From the NCBI GenBank assembly GCA_900617105.1, contig UYFQ01000852.1, positions 124,001 to 188,000 of the forward strand: a DNA stretch of 64,000 nucleotides, in the 5' to 3' direction. Each line of letters begins with the position of its first letter. The stretch's first letter is position 1. The position numbers were made by a program, and so were the translations under genes. This document shows positions 35,222 to 47,349 of the stretch, in pieces. The notes under the pieces were generated by a model. It searched no databases. It was not told the DNA's origin and worked only from the letters and a program-made list of their open reading frames with translations. The stretch comes from Hydrurus foetidus (Eukaryota).

Positions 35222-37027
35222 ATGCCCCCGCCGACACCCGCCGATGTCTTCAAGCGCGCGCTGGCCCATGCGGCGCGTGCGCTGGCGGAGCAGTCGGGCT
35301 GGAGGTCGTGTTCGGATCGGAAGGGCCCAGACTGACCGGGGCGTCCTGACCTGCCCATCGCCCGCAACCGTGGACGGCGACACGGCCAATGTCGGGGCCA
35401 GGCCGACCGGCTGGCCTGCGGCTGGCCAATCACGACCCGCGGTGCACGCCCGGCTGCGACCGCTGGACAGCCGCGCCGCCGGGTTTTCGGGCCGTCGAGC
35501 AGGCGGATCGAAGCCCACGGATCTGCCGCGCTGGCGGCGTGCGCGCCAACATGAACGCCGCCCTGCTGACCCGGCTGGAGAGATGGGCGCGCTCCGGAGT
35601 GGCCCAGGCCGACCGGGTGCCGGTCGCCGAGGCGGTCGCCCTGCTGCTGCGCGAGCGGGTCACAGGCCAGCGCCGGACGGGGGCCGGGGCCATGCTGGAT
35701 CTGGTGCGCGAGGCATCGAGACCAAGGCCGGCGGCGCGCTGGACCGTCTGGCCGCGGCGGGCGATCAGGCGGCGTTTGGTGCCGCTGAAGGACGTGCTGC
35801 GCGACCTGGATCTGGATCCCGGCGACGAGCGCAGGAGACAGTAGCGACGATCGGGCGAGGACGAACCCGCCGCAGCAACCCGACGAGTCGAGATCAGGAC
35901 GAAGGGAGGACGAGCGGTGGCGGGGCGGCCAGTCGATGGACGGATCGTCCGAGGACCCGACCTCCGAACAGGACCGCGACGCCCGAGGACGGTGGCGCAG
36001 CACGACGGCGACGCGTCCGACGACGCCGGACGTGGCCGAGGGAGCCCTGCCGAACCGGCAGGACAGCCGACGACGGCGAAGCATCGACGCCTACCGGGTC
36101 TTCACCACCGCCTATGACGAGGTCATCGACGCCGCCGACCTGTGCGACCCGATGGAGCTGGAGCGGCTGCGGGCCTGCTGGACCAGCAGCTGACCATCCT
36201 GTCGTGGTCTCGCGCCTGGCCAACAAGCTGCAGCGCCGCCTGCTGGCCCAGCAGAACCGCGCCTGGACCTTCGATCTCGAGGAAGGGATGCTGGATGTCG
36301 CCCGCCTGACCCGGGTGATCATCGACCCCACCGCCCCTCTGTCGTTCAAGCAGGAAGAGGACCAGGAGTTCCGCGACACCTGCGTGACCCTGCTGATCGA
36401 CAATTCCGGCTCGATGCGCGGCCGGCCGATCATGGTGGCCGCTGTCTGCGCCGACATTCTGGCGCGCACGCTGGAGCGCTGCGGCGTCAAGACCGAGGTG
36501 CTGGGCTTCACCACCCGCGCCTGGAAGGGCGGCACGTCCCGCGACGAGTGGGTCAAGGCCGGCAAGCCGCCCGCTCCGGGCCGCCTGAACGACCTGCGCC
36601 ACATCATCTACAAGGCCGCCGACTCGCCCTGGCGCCGGGCTCGCAAGAACCTGGGCCTGATGATGCGCGAAGGCCTGCTGAAGGAAAACATCGACGGCGA
36701 AGCCCTGATGTGGGCCCACCGCGCTGATCGGCGCGGCCCGAAGCCCGCCAGATCCTGATGGTCATCTCTGACGGCGCCGGTCGACGATTCCACCCAGTCG
36801 GCCAATGCAGCCCTCTATCTGGACAAGCATCTTCGCGCCGTCATCGAGCGCATCGAGACCCAAAGCCCGGTCGAGCTGATCGCCATCGGCATCGGCCACG
36901 GCGTGACGCTGGTACCGCCGCGCCGTCACCATCGTCGATGTCGAACAACTGGGCGGGGTCTGGTCGAAGCTGGCCGAACTGTTCGAGTCCGCGCCCAAGC
37001 AAGCGACGAAGCGCGGTCAGCGGATGA
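35222..37027 (+). CDS. cobT: Cobaltochelatase subunit CobT (vWA domain)
   Basis: [50 protein letters not shown] (MIDAS), [11 protein letters not shown]. Confidence 0.9.
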
Positions 37028-37980
37028 AGCGGGCCGCATGATGCGGAGCGGTCCGGCTCCTGTGTGCCGCAGGGGCTCATCGGGGCGGCGGCCTGCGCGG
37101 CGATCGCGACCTCGACGCCGGGACCGATCGCGCCCCGGACCGGGCCCATCCGCATCGAGGCGCGTCATGTGCCGCTGGGCATCGGCGGCGCGACCCTGGC
37201 GCCCGCGTGACCTGGGCAGGCGGGCTGGTTCTGCGCGGATCGGGGCTGCACGGCCTGTCGGACCTGAAGGTGGAAAGGTGCCAGCGCTTCAGACGCAGGG
37301 CCTGGGTCGTCAGCGACTTCGGCCAGTTGATCCGGTTCACCTTGCGCCTCGATATTGAGGACGGCTGGCGTCGGCCGACAGCGCGGTGACGCGACCGCTG
37401 ACCGGGCCCGACGGATCGGGGCTGGCGCCAAAGGCCAATGCGGACTCGGAGGGCTGGCGATCCTGGAGGACGGTCGGGTGCTGGTCAGTTTCGAGCGGGA
37501 CCATCGCATCTGGTCTTACGGCGCGGCTGCGCTCGATGCGCCTGTGGCGGTGGAGAGACCCGACGCGGCCTTCCCGGACAACGGGGCATGGAGGGGCGGT
37601 GGCGCCCGACGGCGGCTGGCTGGTCTGGAGCGGGGAGGGGCCTGGGTCTGCCATGCGACATGCCCGGCGCTGGGGACCGCCCCGTGATGCCGGCGGACGG
37701 CTTCCGCTTCACCGGGGCGGACGTGGATCCGGCAGGCGGCTGGTTCGTGGTGGAGCGCTACTACAGTCCGCCGCTGACCATGGTGGTGCGCGTCCGGCGA
37801 CTGTCGGAAGACGGCCTCCTGTCCGCCCTCTGATCCAGCTGCGCCCCCGCCTCGACCGACAATTCCGAGGGGATCGCAGCGGTGGCGACGCCGACCGGGA
37901 CGCGCCTGTATCTGCTCAGCGACGACAACGACAACCCGCTGCAGAAAACCCTGCTGCTGGCGTTCGACGTCGCGCGGTAA
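37024..37980 (+). CDS. Esterase-like activity of phytase family protein
   Basis: [30 protein letters not shown]...[21 protein letters not shown]. Confidence 0.8.
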
Positions 37981-38982
37981 TCAGACCGGCTCGACGACCT
38001 GTTCGATGGCCCCGAAGATCAGTGGTGGCGGTCGTCCAGCATCTCGATCCGAACGGTGTCGCCGTGTTTCAGGAAAGGCGTGACCGGGGCTCGGTCGCGA
38101 TGGTCTCGGCGGTGCGGACCTCGGCGATGCACGAATAGCCGAGACCGCCCTGGGCGACCAGCTGCCCGGGCCGCCGTCTGCGCCCTTGTTGGACACGGTG
38201 CCCGAGCCGATGATCGAGCCGGCGACCAGCGACCGGGTCCTCGCCAGATGGGCGATCAGGACGCCGAAGTCGAAGGTCATGTCCACGCCGGCGTCGGCGC
38301 GACCGAACTCGGCCCCGTTCAGCTGGACCGACAGGGCTCGTGCAGCTTGCCATCCTGCCACGCGTCGCCCAGCGTATCAGGCGTGACAAAGACGGGCGAC
38401 AAAGCGCTGGCGGGCTTGGACTGGACGAAGCCGAACCCCTGGCCAGTTCGCCGGGGATCAGGTTGCGCAGGGACACGTCATTGACCAGGCCGACCAGCCG
38501 GATGTGGTCACAGGCCTGTTCGGGCGGCGTCCCTTGCGGCACGTCGCCGGTGACCACCACGATCTCGGCCTCCAGATCGCAACCCCAGCTTTCGTCGGCC
38601 AACGGGATGGCGTCGCGGGCCCCGAGAACCGGTCGGAGCCGCCCTGGTACATCAGAGGGTCGGTCCAGAAGGTGGCGGGCATCTCTCGGCCCCGCGCGCC
38701 TTCCGCACCAGTTCGACGTGGTTCACATAGGCCGATCCGTCCGCCCACTGATAGGCACGCGGCAGGGGCAGCGGCGTCGCGTTCGTGGAACCGGCCGCGC
38801 GGCACGGCCTCGTGCTCAAGGCTCTCGGCCAGGGCGCGCAGCAGGGTTCGCACCGGTCCCAGTCGTCCAGCGCCGCCTGCAGGGTCGGGGCGATCAGGAA
38901 GGCGTCGGTGAACCAGGCGAGATCGTTCGAGACGATGACCAGACGACCGTCGCGGCCATGCTTCCAGTGAGGCGAGTTTCAT
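37981..38982 (-). CDS. Fumarylacetoacetate hydrolase family protein
   Basis: MKLASL..GRDGRLVIVS, QWADGSAYVNH, DPLMYQGGSD, DLEAEI, LVNDVSLRNLIP, IIGSGTVSN. Confidence 0.9.
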
Positions 38983-39026
38983 GGACGCAGGTCTGGGGAT
39001 TTTCAGCCTGCGCGAAACCGCCGACG

Positions 39027-39708
39027 TCACCGACGGGGCGCGGACAGCTCGCGATGAGCGGCCTCGATCTCGGCGATCCGGGCCTCCTTCAGCCGCCAGT
39101 GGTCGTTCAGGTCGGACACGGCCTGGCGGATGGCCTGTCGACGTTCGGCCTCGGTGGGCACGGGTTTGGGCTTGTCGTGACCCGGCCTGGGGGGCCGGTG
39201 CGGGGCCGGCGCATGGATGACCACATGCCGGGCCGCTCGATCACCACGGTCAGCCCGAGGCGTCGACGTCATGCACATCGTGGTCGTCATCATGCGCCGC
39301 CGTGGTCAGGGGCATGATGGTCGTCTTGGAGCCGCGCCGTGAGCGTCGTCATGCGGGGCCTCGTCGAGGGGCGGCGTCGGGGCTTCCAGGGCCGTCAGTC
39401 CGCCGGTCAGTGTCAGCGTCCGACCCAGTCGGGTCTCGATCGTCCGGGTCAGGGCGCGGGCCTTGTCGCGCAAGGAATCGGAATGGGCCGTCATGGCTGC
39501 GCGGATGGCCTCGTCGATGTCCTTCCAGATGGCGGCAGCGGCACTGGCCGGGTCGGTCGACGGCGCTGCGCCAGCATCCAGCCCGCATAGCCGGCGAGGA
39601 GGAGCAGCAGCAGGCCGATCCCCAGGACCAGCGGCGGCACGTCGAGATCAGGCCGTCGGGCGGGGCGAAGACGGCCTCGGCGGGCTGGAAGTCCTGCGCA
39701 TAGCTCAT
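39027..39708 (-). CDS. Hypothetical membrane-anchored protein with a His/Asp-rich linker
   Basis: Stitched ORFs 39349..39708, 39306..39494 and 39027..39293; N-terminal TM, central HDD/DDHH-rich tract. Confidence 0.5.
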
Positions 39709-39844
39709 CCTGCCCTCCGGTCGGTGTCGAAAGCGATCATGGATCAGCGACCAGCTCCCGCCAGTGAAAGGTTAATGGCAAGCTTCGTTTGCGGGCCAAC
39801 GCTCGCGGCGCGGCCGCTCGCTGCTTGAGCCCGACAGGCTCAAC

Positions 39845-40114
39845 TCAGCCCGGCGCGTGGAGCAGGGCGCGGGCTTCGACGCCGGTTTTGGCCGAGGCGT
39901 CGCGCACCTCGACCTCGACGACGATGGCCCCGGCGGATCGACCGCCCACAGATAGCGGCGCTCGATCTCGACCGTGCGGCCGGACGGGGCGAACTCTCGA
40001 AACTGTCGCCCAGGGCGTGATCCGCTTCAGCTCGGGCCAGCTCAGGGAACAGGCCGCGTTCAGTTCCTCCTGGGCCATGGCGGTCAGTTCATCGGGCGCG
40101 GGCGTCACAGCCAT
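39845..40114 (-). CDS. Hypothetical protein
   Basis: [18 protein letters not shown]...[12 protein letters not shown]...VVEVEVRD; overlaps the upstream stop. Confidence 0.55.
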   Translation of the reverse strand: MAVTPAPDELTAMAQEELNAACSLSWPELKRITPWATVSRVRPVRPHGRDRAPLSVGGRSAGAIVVEVEVRDASAKTGVEARALLHAPG

Positions 40115-40566
40115 CGGCGCACCGTCCGGCGATAGTCGGCATAGGCCGGTCCGAAGCGGGCCAGCAGATATCGCTCCTCGCGCCGGATCACGAAGCGGTC
40201 GATCACCAGCAGACAGGGCCGGCAGAAGTGAGAGCCAGAGGGCTGTCCATGGCCAGGGCGAGGCCAGATAGGATTGCGAACCCCAGCAGATCGGGTTCCG
40301 GGACGGGCATAGATGCCGGTCCGGACCAGGGCAGTGGACGCTTCCAGGAGCTGGACGGCGGTGCCGGCACGGCGGAACAGACCGGCCGCAGACCTCGATC
40401 ACCACACCACTCAGCACGGCCGTCAGGGCCTCTCCGCTGCGCGCCATCGTGGAAAGATCGAGCGACGGCTCTCCGATCAGGCGACCCACAGCCCAGCGAG
40501 GCCGAGGAAGCCAAGATAGATCAGCGGCGGCGGCGCGATTGACGCCGGAATATCCTTGTCCGCCAT
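40105..40566 (-). CDS. Isoprenylcysteine carboxyl methyltransferase (ICMT/PEMT) family protein
   Basis: PPPLIYLGF...[16 protein letters not shown]...[26 protein letters not shown]. Confidence 0.8.
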
Positions 40567-40599
40567 GTCAGCCCTCAGCGCCGTGTCGCGGGCCCGGCA

Positions 40600-41648
40600 T
40601 CATGGGCGAGGCTCATCCGAATAAATGGCCACCGTCGGCGGAGCGTCCGGCCCGATCGATCCGCGATACATGCCGGACGTCGTCATGGCGAGGCAGGCCG
40701 ACCTTGCGCGTCCATGACGATGACGCCGCCATAGCCGCCAGCGACAGGGCGTCGTCGACCTCACGGCCTGGGCGGCCGTCTGGCCGGAGGCACCGCCGGC
40801 GATCCGGGCGCAGATGTCCGGGCGACCGAGGCGCGGATGTAATATTCGCCGTCGCCGGTCGCCGGACCGCACGCAGCCGTCCCGGTTGGAGCATAGGTGC
40901 CCGCGCCGAGCACCGGCACGTCGCCGACCCGGCCCAGCGCTTGCCGGTCGTGCCGCCGGTCGAGGTGCCGGCCGCCAGGTGCCCCGCGTTGTCCAGGGCC
41001 ACGGCCCCAACGGTGCCGAACTTGCGCTCGTTCAGCGGCGGCATCGGGATCGTTGGCCGCCAGGCCGCCGACCACCGCGGACGGCGCACCGGCGGCCTGT
41101 CGGGGATCGAGCAGATTGTTCTGACGCAGATAGCTCTCAATCCCTGCCAGCGACGCTCGGTGAAGAAGAAGGACGGGTCGACCTGTTCCAGCCCGACCGA
41201 GGCGGCGAGGTGTCGGCCCCCTCGCCGTCAGCATGACATGGGGCGACCGTTCCATCTGCGCGGGCCGCGGCGATCGGGTGGCGGGTGGTGGTCAGGCCAC
41301 GACCGCCCGGCCGTCAGGTCCGCGCCGTTCATGACCGCCGCGTCCAGCTCGTTGCGTCCGGCGGCGGTGAACCGCGCCGCGCCCGGCGTTGAACAGGATC
41401 GTCCTCCATCAGCTGGATCGCGGCCTCGGCCGCATCAGGGCGCCGCGCCGTTCCGCAACACCGCGGCCCCGGCTTCCAGCGCGCGCGCCAGCGGGCGGTA
41501 GGCCACATCCTGTTCGGGCGACAGGTTGGCCCGCTCGATCACGCCGGCCCGCCATGGGGCGAAGGACCAGGCCGGCCGGTCCTGGAGCGGCCGCGGGCGT
41601 GCCGAGGGCGAGCGCGGCGAGGAGGGCAGCAAGGGGACGGGTGATCAT
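40600..41648 (-). CDS. Isoaspartyl peptidase / L-asparaginase (Ntn hydrolase)
   Basis: HGGAGVI, ELDAAVMNG, MERSPHVML, FGTVGAVALD..GHLAAGTSTGG, GRVGDVPVLGAGTYA. Confidence 0.9.
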
Positions 41649-41735
41649 CGGGGGCGTTCCTGACTTCAGGGAAAGCCGTCATCCTGCGGTACGGTCGCCG
41701 GCCGGTCCAGCCGACGCCCGTTCGAAAAACACCGT

Positions 41736-41800
41736 CGACCCGTCCGACCCGTTCGACCCGTTCGACCCGTTCGACCCGTTCGACCCGTTCGACCCGTTCG
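41736..41800. repeat. 9-bp tandem repeat (CGACCCGTT)x7
   Basis: One variant unit (CGACCCGTC) followed by six perfect units. Confidence 0.95.
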
Positions 41801-42034
41801 GGTGGATCGGGCCAGGAACGCTTGTATATACCTGCCTGCGTCAGTTCGGTCGCAGGCTCAAGAATCTCGCTTGTGGTGCGACCATTTCCGAACGCGATAG
41901 GCGACGATCGGCGCGAACCCGCCGACCAGGGCAGCAGCCAGTACGACCAGAACCCGCCGCCGGGCCGAACTACCACCAGCCCGCCCACGATCGCCGCCGC
42001 CAGCGGACCGAGGAAGGGCAGCCAGTGGGGCGGC

Positions 42035-43134
42035 CTAATGGGCGTCGACCTTGATGACGCCGCGCCGGATCTGGTCCAGTTCGATGGAATCGAACAGGGC
42101 CTGGAAGTTACCGTTGCCGAAGCCCTCGTTCCCCTTCCTCTGGATGATCTCGAAGAAGATCGGACCGAAGGTGTCCTGGGTGAAGATCTGCAGCAGAAGG
42201 CCGTCCTCGTCCGAACCGTCGATCAGGATGCGGTTCCTGCGCATGCGTTCGACGTCGTGCCCGTGTTGGGCAGGCGTTTGTCGATCAGTTCGAAATAGGT
42301 CTCGATCGTGTCCTGGAACTGGACGCCGCGCTCGCCGCATCGCCTCGACCGTGGCGAAGATGTCGTCGGTTGCCAGGGCGATGTGCTGGATGCCCTCGCC
42401 GTTATAGCGACGCAGGTATTCCTCGATCTGGGAGTTGTCGTCCTGGCTTTCGTTCAGGGGAATGCGGATGGCCCGGTCGGGCGCGATCATGGCCTGGAGA
42501 ACAGGCCCGTCGCCTTGCCCTTGATGTCGAAATACTTCTGCTCCTCGAAGGCGAAACGTCGCCGTAGAAGCCGGACCAGGTCCGCATCTGGCCGCGTTTC
42601 ACATTGTGCGTCAGGTGATCCAGCAGGTGCAGGCCGACGTTGTTCTTGCGCTCGGCCTCTTCCCAGCCCTCGACCTCGTCCCAGCCGTCATAGAGCGATC
42701 CGCCTTCGCCATAGGCGTCGATGATATAGAGCAGGCTGCCGCCGATGCCGCGCAGGACATAGGCCCCCTCACCGAGCCCCGTCGTCGTGGCCTCCGCCGG
42801 ATGGGCCCGCGCGCCACGGCGCTGTCGAAGGCCGACTTTGCATCGTGGACGCGGAACGCCATGCCGTTGGCCGAGGGCCGTGGTCGCGGGCGAACTTCGC
42901 CGGCGTGGCCTGAAGGTTTCGTGTGGACCAGAAGGTGATGTCGCCCTGTTTCATGCGCACGACGCCGTTCTTCGGGTTCACATGGGTCTGGACGAAACCC
43001 ATCACCTCGATCTGGCGGATCATCGCCTGGGGTCGGGGCCGGTGAACTCCACGAACTCAGATCCGTCGCGCCCAGGGGCTTCACAGGCGGGAAGGGTCGC
43101 GTCGGGCGCGGATGCGCGCGGTCAGGTCGTCCAT
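42035..43134 (-). CDS. hppD: 4-hydroxyphenylpyruvate dioxygenase
   Basis: LDHLTHNV, IPLNES...QIEEYLRRYNGEGIQHIAL, LLQIFT, FFEIIQRKGNEGFGNGNFQALF. Confidence 0.95.
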
Positions 43135-43278
43135 AGTGCGTCTCCTGAGGTGCTGGGTGACCGGTCTCGCCGGTCGGGGCGCGGAACCTGGTGGCGGCAG
43201 GCCACAAGCCAAGCCGCGGTCGCGCAGGCGTGAAGCGGCGCTCGCATCGGACACGACTTTTGGCTAGGGGCTGGCCTC

Positions 43279-43946
43279 ATGACCGATACGATCAACCGGC
43301 ACACGGACGACCACCGTCAGGGCTTCATCGGACTGGTGGCCGGTCTGGCCGAGGTCTCGGGACCGGACGGCCTGACGCTTCGCGAGATCCGCGACCGGCT
43401 GGACGAACGGGCGTTCGGCCTGATGATCCTGATCCTGGCGATCCCTGCCTGGTGCCGGCCCTCTATGGCGTGCCCCAGATCGTCGGCATTCCGATCCTTC
43501 TGCTCGCCGGCCAGATGCTGTTGGGGCGCGAGGAGCCGTGGCTGCCGAGGCGGTGCTCAAACGGACCGTGTCCAAGGCCATGCTGGACAGGATGGCCGAT
43601 TTCGCCGTGAAGCGGATGGGCTGGTTCGAGCGGCTGTCGCGGCCCCGACTGGCGATCTTCACCCGGGGCATCGCCGAGGCGGGCGGCCGCCTTCATGATC
43701 CTGGCCGCCGTCACGATCGTCCTGCCCATGACCAACACCGTGCCCTCCGTGGCGCTCAGCCTGCTGTCGGTCGGGCTGATCAGCGGAGACGGGCTGTTCG
43801 TCGCGGCCGGGGCGGCGGTGGCGACCGGCTGGGCGACGGCCCTGACGGTCGTGGCGCTGGGGTTCTTCGTCGGCCGGCTGGGCCGTCGGGCTGATGGCGC
43901 ACTTCACGGGTTGAGCGGGATGGCGCAGGGCCACGGCCCCGGTTAG
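43279..43946 (+). CDS. exoD: Exopolysaccharide biosynthesis protein ExoD family
   Basis: LTLREIRDRLDERAFGLMILILA...QMLLGREEPWLP...LPMTNTVPS...DGL. Confidence 0.85.
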
Positions 43947-43955
43947 AACGACGTC

Positions 43956-44486
43956 ATGAGCGCCTATCGTGTCCTGACCCGCTGGTGGACCGCCTTCGCC
44001 CTGGCCATATCGCTGGCCATGCTGGCGGCGGCCCATGCGTTCGAGCGGTTCGCCGGCCTCAGTCCCTGCAACCTGTGCCTCAAGCGGCGCGGGGTCTACT
44101 GGGGCGCGGTCGCCGTGGCCCTGATCGCCACGGCCTGGGCCATCATCAGCCAGGCCCGCCGCGGCACTGCGCATCGCCGCCTTCCTGCTGTTCGCCATCT
44201 TCGCGACCGGAGCGATCACCGCCGGCTTCCATGCCGGAGGCGAGCTGAAGTGGTGGAGCCTGCCGGCCACCTGTGCCGGGGGCGGGGTGGCGGATCTGGA
44301 AAGCCTGACATCCCTGGCTCTTGGCGTCGGGGACGCGCGCGTATCGCCATGTGTGCGACGCGGTGGCGTGGAAGCTTCCTGGGCGTGTCCATGGCAGGAT
44401 GGAACGCGGTGATCTCCGCCGCATTGGCGGTGTTCAGTCTGCTCGCCGCCAAGAGACCCAAGGATGCCAGAGCCCCGAAACACTAG
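43956..44486 (+). CDS. Disulfide bond formation protein B family
   Basis: FERFAGLSPCNLCL.R...GFHAG.E.KWW..PATC...CD...FLGVSMAGWN. Confidence 0.8.
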   Translation: MSAYRVLTRWWTAFALAISLAMLAAAHAFERFAGLSPCNLCLKRRGVYWGAVAVALIATAWAIISQARRGTAHRRLPAVRHLRDRSDHRRLPCRRRAEVVEPAGHLCRGRGGGSGKPDIPGSWRRGRARIAMCATRWRGSFLGVSMAGWNAVISAALAVFSLLAAKRPKDARAPKH

Positions 44487-45031
44487 TCCGCGCCACCTTC
44501 CCCTGCCCCGTCCGGGCCGGGGACAGACGCGCGCGCACTGCCGAGATCCTGCGCGTCGATCGCGCGGGCGAATACGGCGCGGTCAGGATCTATCAGGCCC
44601 AGGCGGCGGTCTTCCGGAACGCACCCGGCAAGGCGCCTGACCGCCGACATGGAGGCCATGCAGGCCGGCGAGGCGGTGCACAAGGCGCGCTTCGATGCCC
44701 TGCTGAACGAACACCGCGTGGCCCGACGGCTCTGTTGCCCTGTGATTAAGCTGCCACCGGCCTCGGCACCGTCACGGCCCTGATGGGGGAGAGGCGGCCC
44801 ATGCCTGTACCGGGCGGTCGAAGGCGTCATCGAGCAGCACTATGCCGACCAGATTGCCGAACTGGCGGGCAGAGCCAGACCTCGCCGCCAGACGACGCAG
44901 TTTCGCGAAGAGGAACTGGACCACCACGACCACGCCATCGAACACGGCGGCCGCAGGCCAGGTATCGCCTGCTGAGCGCCGTCATCAAGGCGGGCTGCAA
45001 GGTGGCGATCAAGGTCAGCGAGCGGGTCTAG
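44483..45031 (+). CDS. coq7: Demethoxyubiquinone hydroxylase (Coq7 family)
   Basis: ILRVD.AGEYGAVRIY...EAVH...AHACT.AVEGVIEQHYADQI...FREEELDHHD...AIKVSERV. Confidence 0.85.
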
Positions 45032-45103
45032 TCACAAGGCCCCGGACCCGCTTGCCGCACGTATGGGTCGTGATAGCCTGCCTCTTGAATCGGGGGCCGG
45101 ACG

Positions 45104-45637
45104 ATGACACCGCAACAGTACGGGCCGCTGATCGGGATCGGCATCGCCCTGGTCATCATCCTATTGCGCAACCAGAAGCCGCGCCCTTGCGCGTCCAGTA
45201 CATGTGGATCGCGCCCTGCTCGTCGCCCTGGGCATCGGGTTCGGGCTCTGGGGCATGTCGCAGGCCCGGTGCCAGCCATGCCGCCTTCGGTCCGGGGCCT
45301 GGGGCATTCTGGCGGGCGGCCTGGTCCTGGGCGCGGCGGCCGGCTACCAGCGCGGCGGATGACGACGATCGAGCGCACCCCGAGGGCGGGCTGCAGGCCC
45401 AGGCCTCGCCGCTGGGCATCATCCTGATCGTGGCCCTGATCGCCAGCCGGTCCCTGCTCCGGCCCTGGCTGGAGGCCCATGCCGGGGCCTGGCATCTGAA
45501 TGCCCTGGCCGTCCAGGATGCCTTCCTTCTGTTCGCCGCCGCCATGGTGATCGTCCAGCGCCTCGAGATGTTCATCCGCGCCCGCCGCATCCGGGCCGGC
45601 AGCCCGACGACCACGTCGAAGCGCACCGGCGGTCTGA
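45104..45637 (+). CDS. DUF1453/CcdC-like membrane protein
   Basis: LVIILLRNQKPR...QASPLGIILIVALIASR...QRLEMFIRARR. Confidence 0.6.
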
Positions 45638-45668
45638 TCGCCTTTTTCCGCGTTCGTGAGTTCCGAAG

Positions 45669-46440
45669 ATGCGTAACCGTGCCCTGGCCGCCCTGCTAAT
45701 CCTGGCCGTCGCCTCGCCGGCCCTGCGCAGGAGCCACAGGAGGACTGGGACCTCCTACGCCAGCCGGGCAAGACGATCTTCGCCTACATGCCCACGACGA
45801 CGGGGCTGGGCATCGGGTTCCGGTGCGTGGACGGGGTCTTTGGCCGTCATCGCGGGGCTTCCTCCGGCTGGCGGCAACGCGCGAACGCGCATCCTGCGGA
45901 TGAAGGTCGGCGATGGCGAACTGGAGGACACGGTGTGGAACGTGACCACCGATCGAACGGTGGCCCTGGCCGACTATCCGGCCTCGCTGGCCCGGAGATG
46001 CGCGCCGGCGGTCCGGTGACGATCGTCATCCCGCGCGGGGCGGAGGACGGGCGAAACATCCGCCACGAGCTGGTGCTGCCGGGATCCAGCGCGGCGATCG
46101 ACGAGCGCTGAACGCCTGGGGCGGCCGCTGGTCGATCCGCGCGACGCCCTGTTGCCGGACATCGCCGAAGGTGGGCTGCCCAGGGTCACCTGGGCGCAGC
46201 CGCCGCGCCACGATATCCCATCACCCGCTATCTGGAGGGCGTCGCAGTGGTGAGCGCTGCGTGCTGCAGGCAACGGATCGCTGGATCAGTGCACGGTGGA
46301 ATCCGAGTTCCCGGCCGATGGGCGGTTCGGCGAGCTGCGATTCGGGGCGTGGACCGGGCCCGGCTGACCAGTCCGGGCGAGGTGGAGACCTACCAGCCGC
46401 GCCTCGTCAGTTTCAGGACGGTCTTCACGATGGACTGGAC
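45669..46440 (+). CDS. Secreted protein with C-terminal TonB_C-like domain (paralog 1)
   Basis: Signal peptide; VDPRDAL...TWAQPP.P.YP...GSLDQCTVESEFP.DG.FG. Confidence 0.55.
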
Positions 46441-46514
46441 GGCGTCAATCGCGGTTGCGCCGGGTCATTTTTCCATGGCAGATTGTATTCCAGGGCATCG
46501 AGAGAAAGTCATTC

Positions 46515-47330
46515 ATGCGTCCGAGATCGCGACCGATACTGGCCCTGGCGGCGCTTGTTCTGGCCAGTGCCACAGGCGAGCTGGCGCAGGCCCAGACAGC
46601 CGACGCAGCGCCGCCCGCGGACGACTGGACGTTCGCCGAGCGTGACGGCGTCACGGCCGCCTACCTGCAGTTCGACAACGGGCTGGACATCGTCGTGCGC
46701 TGCAAGGACCGCAACCTCGAGACCATGATCATCGGCCTTCCGCCGTCGAGCGAAAGAACGCGCGAGCTTCGGATCTACAGCAGGGACGAAACTGCACCCG
46801 AACGTGGCGCGAACTGGTTTGTGGCCGAACAGGCCGATACGGCCTTTTCATCGTCTCCAGCCCTGTTTGCGCGGGGTTTGAGAGGGCGGCACCATGAATC
46901 TCGTGGTTCCGGGGAGCGGCCAGTGGGCGCAACCTCCGCTACGTCCTGAATCTGCCGTCGTCCCCGTCTGCGATCAACGGGACGCTCGAGGCCTGCGGGA
47001 AGCCCTCGGTCGATCCCGCGATGCGCTCGTCGAGCCTCTGGGTGAGGACGATCTGCCTGTGGGCATCACCTGGGCCGCACCGCCCCGGCCGGAGTATCCG
47101 ATGGGTTATCTGACGTACGAATGGGGTTCGCGGCGATCAGCTGCCTGTCGCAGGCCGACGGATCGCTGGATCAGTGCGAAGTCGAGACCCAGCATCCGCT
47201 GGACGGGCCGTTCGGGGCGGCCGCCCTCACCGCGGCCCGGTCCGCCCGTGTGCGGCTCGGGGATGCGTCGGGTCCGCTACCGACGCGACTGATCCGCTTC
47301 AACATCAACTTCCGGATGGAGGCGGGGTAG
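46515..47330 (+). CDS. Secreted protein with C-terminal TonB_C-like domain (paralog 2)
   Basis: Signal peptide; VDPRDAL...TWAAPPRPEYP...GSLDQCEVETQHPLDGPFGAAA. Confidence 0.6.
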
Positions 47331-47349
47331 CCGTCGCGCACCAACCGGA

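Noticed and set aside
41736..41800. CRISPR array
   Set aside because: Contiguous 9-bp units with no spacers and no cas genes.
41539..42030. Small CDS downstream of hppD
   Set aside because: A short hydrophobic stretch is present but the frame and boundaries cannot be established and no family is recognisable.
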